Source: Candidatus Fervidifonticultor secundus | GTDB lineage: Bacteria; Sysuimicrobiota; Sysuimicrobiia; Sysuimicrobiales; Humicultoraceae | Reading direction: 5' to 3' | NCBI GenBank assembly: GCA_031459385.1 | Contig: JAVKIP010000007.1 | Coordinates: forward strand, 64,001-128,000 | Length of the DNA stretch: 64,000 nucleotides | Shown here: positions 8,941-18,667 of the stretch, piece after piece | Numbering within the stretch: the first letter of the stretch is position 1 | How the letters are laid out: each line of letters begins with the position of its first letter | Notes under the pieces: model-generated | Told to the model about the DNA's origin: nothing | Databases searched by the model: none | The model's input: the letters and a program-made list of their open reading frames with translations, nothing else | Made by a program: the position numbers and the translations under genes

Positions 8941-10091
8941 CTAGGCGCGGTCCATGGGCGCGGCGTCGGCGGGCACGTAGGGGATGTCGAACCCGAAGTG
9001 GGTCGGCCCCAGCGCTGCCAGGCCCGCGGGCGTCCGGAAGGCCGGCGCCGCCGCCGCCACCAGCACCCCCACCGCGGCGCCGATGGGAAGGTCGGTGTTG
9101 GTATAGGGCTCGCCCGAGGCGGCGTCGGCCACCATGATCAGGTCCGGGCTGGTGGCGCACGGCCGGTCGTCGAGCCAGGCGATGTGGTTCTCGTTCTTGT
9201 ACCAGATGCGCAGCCGGCCCCCGCGGTGGGCCCCCGTGCCGTCCAGGTGCGTCTCGCCGATCATGTATCCGTCGCGGCTCTCCCACGGGCGCGCGGTCAC
9301 CACGCCGGTGAACAGCACCCGCCCCTCAAGCGCCGCCGCGGCCGCCGCCAGCGGGTCGCGCCCGGCTTCCCGCGCTTCGCGGATCGCCCGCCCCACGGCC
9401 AGCGCGCGGGTCAGCGTCCCTCCCACGGCCACCCGGCGCAGGTCGGCACCTCGCATCAGGTAACCGGCGTGCGCGCAGGTGAGACGCGGATCGGGCAGGC
9501 GGGTGGCCAGGCTGATCATCTTGCCAATCCGCTCGGCCACCGCCAGCTGTGGGCCGCCCGCAGCACCAGGCGGTTGCCCCACGAGTCGCAGATCGCCACG
9601 GGGCAGAGGGGCACGCCGGCCAGCGCCGCGGTAGTCTGCGTCAGTTCCGGCACCGCGCGGCCGGCCAGGTCGGCGTCCACGGCCAGCAGGCCCAGGCGCG
9701 CCGCGGCGTCGAGCGGGCCCGCGGTGTTGCCGGCGCCCAGCTCGAACGGGACGATGGCGGCGATCGCCTGGCCGGTGGCCGCGGCCAGGTCGGACACCGC
9801 CTCAGCTAGCGGCCGGTCAACGGTGACTTCTCCGTAGCCCAGCGCGGCGCGCTCCTGCGCCGACAGCACCGGGGTCGGGGCGATGGAGCCCATGCCGAAG
9901 GTGGTGCACACCCACGCGTCGTCGGCCACCTCGCTCGGGTCGACCCACCCGATCCCAGGCCCCTCCGTCACGTGGGGCAGCAGGTATTCCCGGCCCTTGT
10001 CGGGACGGCCGCCGCCCCCGGTGCCTAGCAGGGTCAGGCCCCGAAGGAGGTCGTTCGCTTCGACGGCCGTCTGGATCCGGTGACGGGGCAT
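8941..10091 (-). pseudogene. DUF917-family protein split by a 1-nt frameshift near 9545 (or a sequencing error)
   Basis: N-half LLGTGGGG, ELGAGN, VDADLAGRAVPEL; C-half LFTGVV, YKNEN, ATSPDLI, LGPTHFG; adding one base joins them into ~383 aa. Confidence 0.8.
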
Positions 10092-10095
10092 GCCG

Positions 10096-11757
10096 CTACG
10101 CCTCCACCCACAGCGCGTAGAAGTCGGGCGGCAGGTTGAAGAGGAACGGGTGCCACTCGAAGCCGTGCAGCTTCTTCGACCGTCCGAAGATCTGGAAGAA
10201 CTGGGCGCAGAAGATCGCCGGACCGTCGTCGCGCAGCAGCCGCTGCACCTGGGTGTAGTGGGGCCGCCGGCGCTCGCGGTCGGGCACGGCCACGCCCCGG
10301 TCGATCAGCTCGTCGACCTGCGGGTTCCGGTAGAACGTGAAGTTCTGCGCCGTCGGCGGCGTCGCCGTGGAGTGGTAGGTCCGGAACAGGATGTCGTGCG
10401 GGTCGTCGTAGGCGGGGTTGATGGCCCACCCGTACATGTCCGGCCCGCGGTCCAGGGTGGTCAGCGCGCCGAGAAACCCCGCCGCATCGGGCTTGTCGTC
10501 GATGGTGAGGCTGAGGCCCACCTCGGCCAGGTTCTGCTGGAAGATCTGGGCCAGCTGCGGGTAGTAGGGGAAGAACGGCGAGATCGTCTGCAGCACGAAC
10601 GTCTTCTGGGCAGGACCCACCTCCTGGATCAGCTGCTTGGCGCGAGTCAGGTCCCGCCGGAACTGGGGCAGGGACGGGTCGTGGGCCCAGATGCCGCGGG
10701 CGATGGGGCCGTTGGGGATGCGGCCCTTGTTGAGCAGCACACCGCCCACGAAGCTGCTGTAGCCGAAGACCGCGCGCATCGCCTGCCGGAAGCGCGGGTC
10801 GGTGAACGGGCCGCGCATGCGCATCATGATGTGGATCTGCGCGGGCGTGTCGTGCTCCTCGATGGCCACCGCCGGGTGCTTCTTGAGGGCGTCGGCGTCG
10901 GTGATGACGATGCCGTCGGCCAGGTCGGCCTCGCCCGTCTCGAGCATCAGGCGCTGGGTCGCCGACTCACGCACCAGCCGCACGACGATGCGCTCGGCAT
11001 GCGGGCCCTGCCAGCCGCGCCAGTAGGTGGGGTTGCGCACAAACGTGACCTGCTGGCCTCGCACCCAGCTCTCCAGCAAGTAGGGCCCGGTGCCCACGGC
11101 GTTGTCGTTGAGCCAGCGCTGGGCCAGGTCGCCGGCCTGCGCCCGGACCTGCGTCGCGGGGCTGATCATGTAGGGGGCTTTGGCCAGTGCCTCGATGAAC
11201 GGCGCAAACGGCGTCTTGAGGGTGACGCGCACCGTCAGGCGGTCGAGCACGTCGACCCGGTCGATAGCCGGCAGACGCGCCGCCGGCCCCTTGTTCACGG
11301 CCTTGAGGCGCTCGAAGTTCCACCTGGCGGCGTCCGCGTCGAAGGGCGTCCCGTCGGAGAACCGCACGTTGGGCCGCAGGCGGAAGGTGTACACGCGCGC
11401 ATCGGGGGAGGCGCGCCATTCGGTGGCCAGCACCGGTGCGATCCTGGCGCCGCCCTTTCCATCGGGCACGTAGTCGACCAGGGGCTCGTAGACCGGCCGC
11501 TGCGCGTTCTGCGAGTAGATGAAGTCGTTCTGGTGCGGGTCCAGCGTCAGGGTCTCGGTGCGTACCACGAACACCAGCGGCCGCGCCGCCACGCGGGCCG
11601 GGGCCGCCGTCACCGCCAGCGGCTTGAGGAGTCCGGCCAAACCGCTGGTCGCGCCGGCGCCCGCGGCTGCCCCGGCGCCCGCGGCCAGGCCTGCGGCGGC
11701 GGCCGAGCGGGCCAGGAACTGACGTCGGGTCAGCGTGCTGGGGCACCCTACGTTCAC
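10096..11757 (-). CDS. Family 5 ABC substrate-binding protein with Tat signal (copy 1)
   Basis: TRRQFL twin-arginine motif; LDP, VYEPLV, YTFRLRPNVRFSDGTPFDA, GTGPY; GGAGGTG SD before the GTG start. Confidence 0.92.
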   Translation of the reverse strand: MNVGCPSTLTRRQFLARSAAAAGLAAGAGAAAGAGATSGLAGLLKPLAVTAAPARVAARPLVFVVRTETLTLDPHQNDFIYSQNAQRPVYEPLVDYVPDGKGGARIAPVLATEWRASPDARVYTFRLRPNVRFSDGTPFDADAARWNFERLKAVNKGPAARLPAIDRVDVLDRLTVRVTLKTPFAPFIEALAKAPYMISPATQVRAQAGDLAQRWLNDNAVGTGPYLLESWVRGQQVTFVRNPTYWRGWQGPHAERIVVRLVRESATQRLMLETGEADLADGIVITDADALKKHPAVAIEEHDTPAQIHIMMRMRGPFTDPRFRQAMRAVFGYSSFVGGVLLNKGRIPNGPIARGIWAHDPSLPQFRRDLTRAKQLIQEVGPAQKTFVLQTISPFFPYYPQLAQIFQQNLAEVGLSLTIDDKPDAAGFLGALTTLDRGPDMYGWAINPAYDDPHDILFRTYHSTATPPTAQNFTFYRNPQVDELIDRGVAVPDRERRRPHYTQVQRLLRDDGPAIFCAQFFQIFGRSKKLHGFEWHPFLFNLPPDFYALWVEA

Positions 11758-11831
11758 GTTCTCCACCTCCCCGGTATACCCATGGGCGCGACGTCTGCGC
11801 ACGCGTCGCCCCCGTGGGTGGCTGATCTCAC

Positions 11832-12620
11832 TCATGGCTCGCTTGCTGCAGACAGTCCGAGCTTTGGAAAGACGGGAATCGATCGCCCGCCGTCCATCAC
11901 GATGGCGCGTCCGGTCACGACGTCGAAAGCCGGGGAGCAGAGGAGGACCACCATCGTGGCGATTTCAGGCTCGGTCACCAGGCGACCGAGCGGCGTGGCG
12001 GCGATCGCCGCCGCTTTGTACTCCGGGAGCCGATCGGTGCGCGGGCTGGCGATCTGGCTCGGGACCACTGCGTTCACCGTAATGGCGGGCGCCAGCTCCA
12101 GGGCCAGGCTTTCCGTCAGGTGGAGGAGGGCGGCTTTCGCGAGACCGTAGACGGCGTGTGAGCGCACGAACGCGGACGTGGCCCCGAGGTTGATGATCCG
12201 TCCCCACCCCTGCTGGTCCATGCCGGGGGCGACCAGCTGCGCTGCCAGGTAGACTGCCTTGAGATTGGTCGCCATGATGTAGTCCCAGTCGGCTTCCGGG
12301 AGGGCGCGAAACGGCGTGTCGCTGAACGGGCCGGCGTTGTTCACCAGAATGCTGATGGCGCCCACGTCGGCCGTGACGGCGCCGATCAGCGACCGCACCT
12401 CGGCGCTGTGCGCCAAGTCGGCGCGAAACGCCCTAGCCTCGCCGCCTTCGGCCTTGATGGAGGCTACGACGCTCGTGGCGTGCGAGGCAGCGGTGCGGTA
12501 GTGGACGGCGACGCACGCACCGTGCCGCGCCAGGGCCCGGGCGATCGCTGCGCCCGTGCCCCGGGAGGCGCCGGTGACCAGGGCGATCTTGCCTGCGAGG
12601 AACCGGCCCTGCGGCATCAT
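11832..12620 (-). CDS. SDR family NAD(P)-dependent oxidoreductase
   Basis: VTGASRGTG, LVNNAG, YGLAK (YxxxK), TPLGRL, DGG. Confidence 0.93.
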   Translation of the reverse strand: MMPQGRFLAGKIALVTGASRGTGAAIARALARHGACVAVHYRTAASHATSVVASIKAEGGEARAFRADLAHSAEVRSLIGAVTADVGAISILVNNAGPFSDTPFRALPEADWDYIMATNLKAVYLAAQLVAPGMDQQGWGRIINLGATSAFVRSHAVYGLAKAALLHLTESLALELAPAITVNAVVPSQIASPRTDRLPEYKAAAIAATPLGRLVTEPEIATMVVLLCSPAFDVVTGRAIVMDGGRSIPVFPKLGLSAASEP

Positions 12621-12705
12621 CCGCGTCCCGCCACCGTGGAGGCCGCGAGTCCCGCACCTGCCGGCGAGCTGGAGTCCCCACCCGCCGTGATCGCCCCCGG
12701 TGCCG

Positions 12706-14346
12706 TCATGCTTCGACCCAGAGGGTCCAGTAGTCCACGGGCTGAGCCACCAGGAGGGGATGCGCCTGGAACCCCTGGAGCTTCCGGGAGCGCCCGAGCA
12801 CCAGGAAGAACTGCGCGCAGAACACCGCCGGACCGTCCTCGCGAAGCAGCCGCTGGGCCTCGGCGTAGATCGCGCGGCGCTTCTCCTGGTCGACGATCGT
12901 CGCACCCTGGTCGATCAGCGCATCGACCCGCGGGTTCTTGTAGAAGGTGTAGTTCTGCAGGGTCCCGGCGACAGACGAGTGGTACACGGGGAACAGGAAC
13001 TCGTGAGGATCGTCGAAGGCCGGGTTGACGACCCAGCCGTACATGTCGGGGCCGCGGTCCAGCGTGCGGATGTTTCCGATGAACGTGGCGGCATCGATGA
13101 GGTCGTCGACGCTCAGGGTGAGGCCCAACTCGGCCAGATTCTGCTGGAAGATCTGCGCGAGCTGGGGATAGTACGGGAAGAAGGGAGAAATCGTCTGCAG
13201 CGTGAAGGTACGCTGGCTCGGCGCGACCTCGGCGAGGAGCCGCCGGGCCCTGGTCAGGTCCCGTCGGAACGCCGGGAGCGCGGGGTCGTAGGCCCAGGCG
13301 CCTTTGGGAATCGGCCCGTTGGGTACGCGCCCCTTGTTGAGCAGCGCGCCCGCCACGAAGCTGGTGTAGCCGAAGGCCGCTCGCATGGCCTGGCGGAATC
13401 GCGGGTCGGCGAGGGGACCGCGCATGCGCATCATGATGTGGACCAGCGATGGCGCCTCGACCTCCTCCACCACGACCGCGGGCTGCCGCTTCAGCGGGTC
13501 GACGTCGACCAGCGAGATGCCGTCGGCGAGGTCGGCCTCGCCGGTCTCCAGCAGCAGCCGCTGCGTGGCGGGCTCCCGCACCAGGCGCAGGACGATGCGG
13601 TCGGCATGCTGCCCGCTCCACCCGCGCCAGTAGGTGGGGTTGCGGCTGTAGGAGATCTGCTGGCCGCGGACCCACTGCTCCAGCAGATACGGCCCGGTGC
13701 CTGTGGCGTGGTCGTTGAGCCAGCGCTGGGCGAAGTCCCCCGCCTCCGCGCGGTCCTGCGCCGACGGGCTGATCATGTAGGGGACCTTCGTCAAGGTGGG
13801 AAGGAGCGCGGCAAAGGGCGCCTTGAGCACGAGGCGCACGGTTTGCCGGTCCACCACCTCGACCCGGTCGAGGACGGTCAGGCGCGCTGCAGGTCCCTTG
13901 TTGACAGCCCTCACGCGGTCGAAGTTCCACTTGACGGCGTCGGCGTCGAACGGCGCGCCGTCGCTGAACCGCACGCCGGACCGTAGCCGGAAGGTGTAGA
14001 CACGTCCGCCGTCCGAGACCCGCCACTCCGTCGCGAGCAGCGGCTCGATCCGTGCTCCTCCCTTGCCATCGGCGACGTAGTGCACCAGGGGTTCGTAGAC
14101 CGGGCGCTGCGCCCGCTGGGTGTAGCTGAAGTCGTTCTGCGCGGGATCCAGGGTGATGGTTTCGGTCCGGGTGGCGTAGACCAGCGGCCGCGCCGCCACG
14201 CGGGCCGGGGCCGCCGCCACCGCGAACGGCTTGAGGAGCCCGGCCAAACCGCTGGCCGCGCCGGCCCCCGCTGCCGCGCCGGCGGCGACGGCCGAGCGCG
14301 TCAGGAACTCCCGTCGTGTCAGGGCATCGTGCCGATCGTCCGTCAT
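12706..14346 (-). CDS. Family 5 ABC substrate-binding protein with Tat signal (copy 2)
   Basis: TRREFL; same motifs as copy 1 and collinear with it over the full length. Confidence 0.92.
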   Translation of the reverse strand: MTDDRHDALTRREFLTRSAVAAGAAAGAGAASGLAGLLKPFAVAAAPARVAARPLVYATRTETITLDPAQNDFSYTQRAQRPVYEPLVHYVADGKGGARIEPLLATEWRVSDGGRVYTFRLRSGVRFSDGAPFDADAVKWNFDRVRAVNKGPAARLTVLDRVEVVDRQTVRLVLKAPFAALLPTLTKVPYMISPSAQDRAEAGDFAQRWLNDHATGTGPYLLEQWVRGQQISYSRNPTYWRGWSGQHADRIVLRLVREPATQRLLLETGEADLADGISLVDVDPLKRQPAVVVEEVEAPSLVHIMMRMRGPLADPRFRQAMRAAFGYTSFVAGALLNKGRVPNGPIPKGAWAYDPALPAFRRDLTRARRLLAEVAPSQRTFTLQTISPFFPYYPQLAQIFQQNLAELGLTLSVDDLIDAATFIGNIRTLDRGPDMYGWVVNPAFDDPHEFLFPVYHSSVAGTLQNYTFYKNPRVDALIDQGATIVDQEKRRAIYAEAQRLLREDGPAVFCAQFFLVLGRSRKLQGFQAHPLLVAQPVDYWTLWVEA

Positions 14347-15026
14347 CTTCCTGCACCTCCTGCCTCGTCCGATCCGCCGGCGAGCACTTCGAGGTAGACG
14401 GCAGGCTCGGCGCCGATCGCCTCGCCCGTGTGCGGGACGTTGGCCGGGATCAGGGCGGCGTCGCCGGGCACGAGCACGTGGGCGTCGTCGCCGACCTGCA
14501 GGCGGAGCCGGCCGCTCAGCATGTGCACCAGCTGCTCCTCGGGGTGCCGCTGCGGGGTGATGGTGACACCGGGGGTCAGGCGCACCAGGATCACGGTCAT
14601 CGCCCGGCCCCGGCGCCGGCGCAGGGCGATCCCGGGGCGCGCGGCGTCCTCGGGCACGTCCTCCCATCGAACGACCACCCCCGGCGGCGCCGGCCCGCCT
14701 GCCAGCGGCGCCGGCGTCACCACCTCCGCCCAGAAGTCCAGCGTGCGCTCGACGAACGCCGGATTCCGCTGGCGGAACCGCTGGAAGCCCGGGGAGGCGT
14801 CCAGGTCCTTCCCGTAGGCCTCGCGATCGGTGACCACGATCTGCTCGATGTAGTCGAAGGGCAGCTGGCTGCGGTCCAGACCGTCGGGCAGGATCCGGTG
14901 CGTCCGGTAGTGGACGATGGTCCGCAACTCTGGCAGGACCGGGTAGTCGTACTCCCGGATGAACCGCTCGTAGGCTGCCGCCGTCACCTCCGGCCGCAGG
15001 CCCACCAGTACGAACCGTGTCGGCAT
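14343..15026 (-). CDS. RedY/HapK-like (EthD-like dimeric alpha/beta barrel) domain fused to a cupin domain
   Basis: LRPEVTAAAYERFIREYDYP...PFDYIEQI; C-term QRHPEEQLVHMLSG...IPANVPH cupin motifs. Confidence 0.7.
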   Translation of the reverse strand: MPTRFVLVGLRPEVTAAAYERFIREYDYPVLPELRTIVHYRTHRILPDGLDRSQLPFDYIEQIVVTDREAYGKDLDASPGFQRFRQRNPAFVERTLDFWAEVVTPAPLAGGPAPPGVVVRWEDVPEDAARPGIALRRRRGRAMTVILVRLTPGVTITPQRHPEEQLVHMLSGRLRLQVGDDAHVLVPGDAALIPANVPHTGEAIGAEPAVYLEVLAGGSDEAGGAGR

Positions 15027-15045
15027 CGCATCCCTCCGCAGCGCC

Positions 15046-16089
15046 TCAGCCGGCCGGCGAGGCGGTCATCTGCGCCGCCAGGGGCAGCACTTCGCCCGCG
15101 AACCGCTCGATGGTTCGCTCGATGCGGCGGTCGGGGGCCATGGGGTAGAGCATGAACTGCGTGATGCCGGCCCGCTGCATGCGGGCGACGCCGGCGGCTA
15201 TCGTCTCCACCGGCCCGGCGAGGGTCAGGGCGTCGACGAAGGCGTCGGGCACCAGGGGCGCCACCTGCGCCGCCGCGCCACTGAGGTAGCCGTACGCGAA
15301 CCCCGCCACCGCCTGGCGGATCTGCGCCGGCACCTCCAGCCCCGCGGCCACGAACCCGGGAAAGGTCGGCTGCTGGGCGATCAGGCTCACCGCCACCGAC
15401 CGCCGCATCAGGTCCCGCGCCACCGCCGGGTCGTCGTGGATGCAGACGTTGATGCGCGCCACCAGGTCCACGGCGGCCGGGTCGCGCCGCGCGCTGGCGG
15501 CGCCGCGGGCCACGTGCTCTCGGAAGTACGCCAGGGCCGCGTCGGCAACGCAGCCCTGCATGATCGCGCCGTCGGCGACGCGGCCGGCCGTCTCCAGTCC
15601 CCTGGGGGCGTTGCTGGCGACGTAGATGGGGATCTCGGTGCGCGGGGGCGCAAAGTTCAGCTTCGCGCCGTCGGCTGAGACCAGCGCGCCGCGGTACGTG
15701 ACCGTCTCGCCGCGCAGCAGCCCGCGGATCACGTAGATCGCCTCGCGGATGGCGGTCGCAGGCCGCGTGCGCGCGATCCCCAGCTCGCGAAACCCCGACA
15801 CGCCGGCGCCGATGCCGAGCACGGCCCGGCCGCCGCTGAGCTCGTCCAGGGTCGCGATGGCCATGGCGGTGAGCGCCGGATGCCGCGAGTAGGGATCGGT
15901 CACGCACGGGCCCAGGCGCAGGCGGGTCGTGTGCCGCGCGCACAGGGTCAGGCTGGCGTAGACCTCCCGGTAGAACCGCTCGTCAGCATACCAGAGGTAG
16001 TCGAACCCCAGCGCCTCGGCCTGCCCGGCCAGGTCGAGCAGGCGGCCCGGTGGGTGCTCGCCGAGCAGCAGGAGCCCGGTGCGCAGCAT
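15046..16089 (-). CDS. Luciferase-like (LLM, Mer-like) flavin/F420-dependent oxidoreductase
   Basis: AEALGFDYLWYADE, LGPCVTDPYSRHPALTAMAIATLDELSGGRAVLGIGAG. Confidence 0.9.
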   Translation of the reverse strand: MLRTGLLLLGEHPPGRLLDLAGQAEALGFDYLWYADERFYREVYASLTLCARHTTRLRLGPCVTDPYSRHPALTAMAIATLDELSGGRAVLGIGAGVSGFRELGIARTRPATAIREAIYVIRGLLRGETVTYRGALVSADGAKLNFAPPRTEIPIYVASNAPRGLETAGRVADGAIMQGCVADAALAYFREHVARGAASARRDPAAVDLVARINVCIHDDPAVARDLMRRSVAVSLIAQQPTFPGFVAAGLEVPAQIRQAVAGFAYGYLSGAAAQVAPLVPDAFVDALTLAGPVETIAAGVARMQRAGITQFMLYPMAPDRRIERTIERFAGEVLPLAAQMTASPAG

Positions 16090-16397
16090 CACTCGATCGC
16101 CTCCCCCACGAAGTTGTCGGAAGGCTCGATGAACTCCGCGAGCTGCTGGCGCAGGGTCTGCAGCTCGGGGCGGGCGAGATCCTGGCGGTAGGCCTCCAGG
16201 TCGGTGATGTGGATCACCTCGAGGTAGTCGTACCGGACATCGGCCTTCCGCAGGGGCCCCGCCAGACGGTAGTTGGTGTACGAGACGATGCTCGGCAGCC
16301 GTCGCGCCGTGGGGTAGTCGACCTCCCGCACCCACCGCTCGTAGGCCGCCGGCTCGACGCCGGGCCGCAGGCGAGCCAGGAACACGACGACAGGCAT
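16089..16397 (-). CDS. RedY/HapK-like small protein (102 aa)
   Basis: LRPGVEPAAYERWVREVDYP...YDYLEVIHITD; AGGAGG SD; TGATG coupling at both ends. Confidence 0.75.
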   Translation of the reverse strand: MPVVVFLARLRPGVEPAAYERWVREVDYPTARRLPSIVSYTNYRLAGPLRKADVRYDYLEVIHITDLEAYRQDLARPELQTLRQQLAEFIEPSDNFVGEAIE

Positions 16398-18667
16398 CAG
16401 ACCGTCCTCCTTGTCCCGCGCAGGGCCGCGTGCACCCTGGGTGCGGTGATCGGCAGGCTGGTGACCCGCGCGCCCGCCGCCGCGTCCAGGGCGTTGGCCA
16501 CCGCTGCCGGCGGCTCGATGATCGGCGGCTCTCCCACGCCCTTGGCGCCGTAAGGGCCCACCTCGCTCGGCCAGGCGACCGTGACCACCTCGATGGGAGG
16601 AACGTCCGTGACCCGCGGGACGGCGTAGTCGCTCAGGTTGTGAACGAGGGGCTGGCCGTCCTGGTAGCGCAGCTCTTCCCAGAGCGCCTGCCCGAGCCCC
16701 TGGACCACGCCCCCCTCGATCTGACCCTCGATGAGCTGCGGGTTGATGGCGAAGCCCACGTCCTGTACGGCGACGTAGCGCAGCACGCGCACCTCCCCGG
16801 TCTCCGGGTCGACCGCGACCTCGGCGGCGTGCGCGTGGAAACTCGGCGAGTGGAACGCCGGGTAGACGTGCCCGCGGACGCACGAGGCGTCGTAGGGTGT
16901 GGGCGGCGCGGCGAATGCGCCGGCAGCGATCAGGCCGCCGCGCTGCAGACCCAGCCGGGCCACCTCCGCGAGCGACAGCCGTCGCGCCGGCGCCCCGGCC
17001 ACCGCCACGTGGCCGTCCCGCAGCACCAGGTCGCGAGGGTGCGCTTCCAGCGCGCCGGCCGCCACGTCGAGAATCTGCCGCCGGAGCTCGGCCGCGGCCT
17101 GGCGCGCGGCGTTGCCCACGCCGAAGGCCGTGCGGCTGCCCTGCGCCCCGTGATCGTACGGCGTGGCGAACGTGTCCGCGCTCACGACGCTGATCCGGTC
17201 CACCTCCAGGCCGAGTTCCGCCGCCAGCACCTGGACGGCGCCGGTCAGGGCGCCGGTGCCGATCTCGGCGCAGCCGGTCAGGAGTGTCGCGGAGCCATCC
17301 GGCTGCAGCTTGACGTAGACGCCCGAGGGCCCGCCGGTGGTCGTCCACCAGCCGCAGGCCAGACCCTTCCCCCGGTAGGGGCCCGACGGCTGTCCCCAGC
17401 CGATGGCCTCGGCTGCCCTGCGCAGCACCGCCTCCATGCTGCTCCGGCCGAACACCTGGCCGGTCGGCCCGGCGTCGCCGTCGCGCACGATGTTCCGCAG
17501 CCGGAACTCCAGAGGATCGAGCCCCAGGCGCCGGGCGATCATGTCCATCTGCGATTCGACCGCGAAGGCACACTGGGGGCCCATGGGCGCCCGATACGAG
17601 CCGAAGTTCTGCTTGTGGGTGTAGACCGCCCTGGCGACCAGGCGCAGGTGGGGAATGCGGTAGGGCCCCGCCAGGACCAGGGTGGCGACCGAGGGGAGGC
17701 CGGGGCTCGAGCCGCTGTAGGCGCCAGCGTCCAGCAGGGCCGTGGCCTCCTTGCCGACGATCGTGCCGTCCCGCCGCACCGCGGTGCGCAGACGGATCCG
17801 CATCCCGTGCCGCGGGTAGGCCGCCACGAACTCCTCGTCCATCGTCAGGGCCACCTTCACCGGACGGCGGGCGCGCTGCGCCAGCAGGGCGGCGATGTGC
17901 TCGACGCCGACCCGCAGCTTGCCGCCGAAGGCGCCACCGATGCCGGTGACGACCACGCGGATCTGCCCCGGCGACAGGCCGAAGGCATCGGCCAGGGTCT
18001 GCTGGATCTCGAAGGGCAGCTGGGTGTTCGAATAGACGACGAGCCGGTCGGGCGTCTCCCAGACTGCGAGCGCGGCCCGGGGCTCCAGGTACGCCTGGTG
18101 CACCGGTGCGGTGGTGAACGTGTCCTCGTAGACAGCGTCGGCCTCGCCGAGCGCACGGTCCCAGTCGCCCTTCACGATCCATGCCTCGCCGCAGACGTTG
18201 CCGGACCGGATCACCTGTGGGTGCGCGGCGTAGGACTCCCAGGCCTCGTGGACGAGCGCGGCATCCTCGGCCGCCGCGCGGTCGGGATCGGTGATCGCCG
18301 GCAACACCTCGTAGTCCACGGCCAGACGGTCGACCGCGTCGTCGGCCGCTTCGCGGCTCGTGGCCGCGACCGCCGCGACGGGCTGGCCGACGTAGCGGGC
18401 CACGTCGACGGCGAAGATCGTCTCGTCCTTCACCAGGCCACCGAAGCGGCGCGCCGGCGCGTCGCGGGCGGTGACCACCGCCACCACCCCCGGCACCTGC
18501 AGGGCGACGGACGGGTCGATGCCGCGGATGCGGGCGTGCGCGTGCGGGCTGCGGGCGATGCGCCCCCACAGCATGCCGGGCAGCGCGATGTCCATGGCGT
18601 ACGCGTACTGGCCCAGCACCTTGGCGCGGCCGTCGAGGCGCAAGACGGACCGGCCGACGGCGCTCAC
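16397..18667 (-). CDS. Xanthine dehydrogenase-family molybdopterin-binding subunit
   Basis: RSPHAHARI, HQAYLEP, IGGAFGGK, AEIGTG, GAQGSR, INP..IEGQIEGG, GAKGVGE. Confidence 0.95.
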   Translation of the reverse strand: MSAVGRSVLRLDGRAKVLGQYAYAMDIALPGMLWGRIARSPHAHARIRGIDPSVALQVPGVVAVVTARDAPARRFGGLVKDETIFAVDVARYVGQPVAAVAATSREAADDAVDRLAVDYEVLPAITDPDRAAAEDAALVHEAWESYAAHPQVIRSGNVCGEAWIVKGDWDRALGEADAVYEDTFTTAPVHQAYLEPRAALAVWETPDRLVVYSNTQLPFEIQQTLADAFGLSPGQIRVVVTGIGGAFGGKLRVGVEHIAALLAQRARRPVKVALTMDEEFVAAYPRHGMRIRLRTAVRRDGTIVGKEATALLDAGAYSGSSPGLPSVATLVLAGPYRIPHLRLVARAVYTHKQNFGSYRAPMGPQCAFAVESQMDMIARRLGLDPLEFRLRNIVRDGDAGPTGQVFGRSSMEAVLRRAAEAIGWGQPSGPYRGKGLACGWWTTTGGPSGVYVKLQPDGSATLLTGCAEIGTGALTGAVQVLAAELGLEVDRISVVSADTFATPYDHGAQGSRTAFGVGNAARQAAAELRRQILDVAAGALEAHPRDLVLRDGHVAVAGAPARRLSLAEVARLGLQRGGLIAAGAFAAPPTPYDASCVRGHVYPAFHSPSFHAHAAEVAVDPETGEVRVLRYVAVQDVGFAINPQLIEGQIEGGVVQGLGQALWEELRYQDGQPLVHNLSDYAVPRVTDVPPIEVVTVAWPSEVGPYGAKGVGEPPIIEPPAAVANALDAAAGARVTSLPITAPRVHAALRGTRRTV

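Noticed and set aside
16397..18667. Aerobic CO dehydrogenase CoxL
   Set aside because: It lacks the AYxCSFR motif (has SYRAPMG), and there is no coxM or coxDEFG
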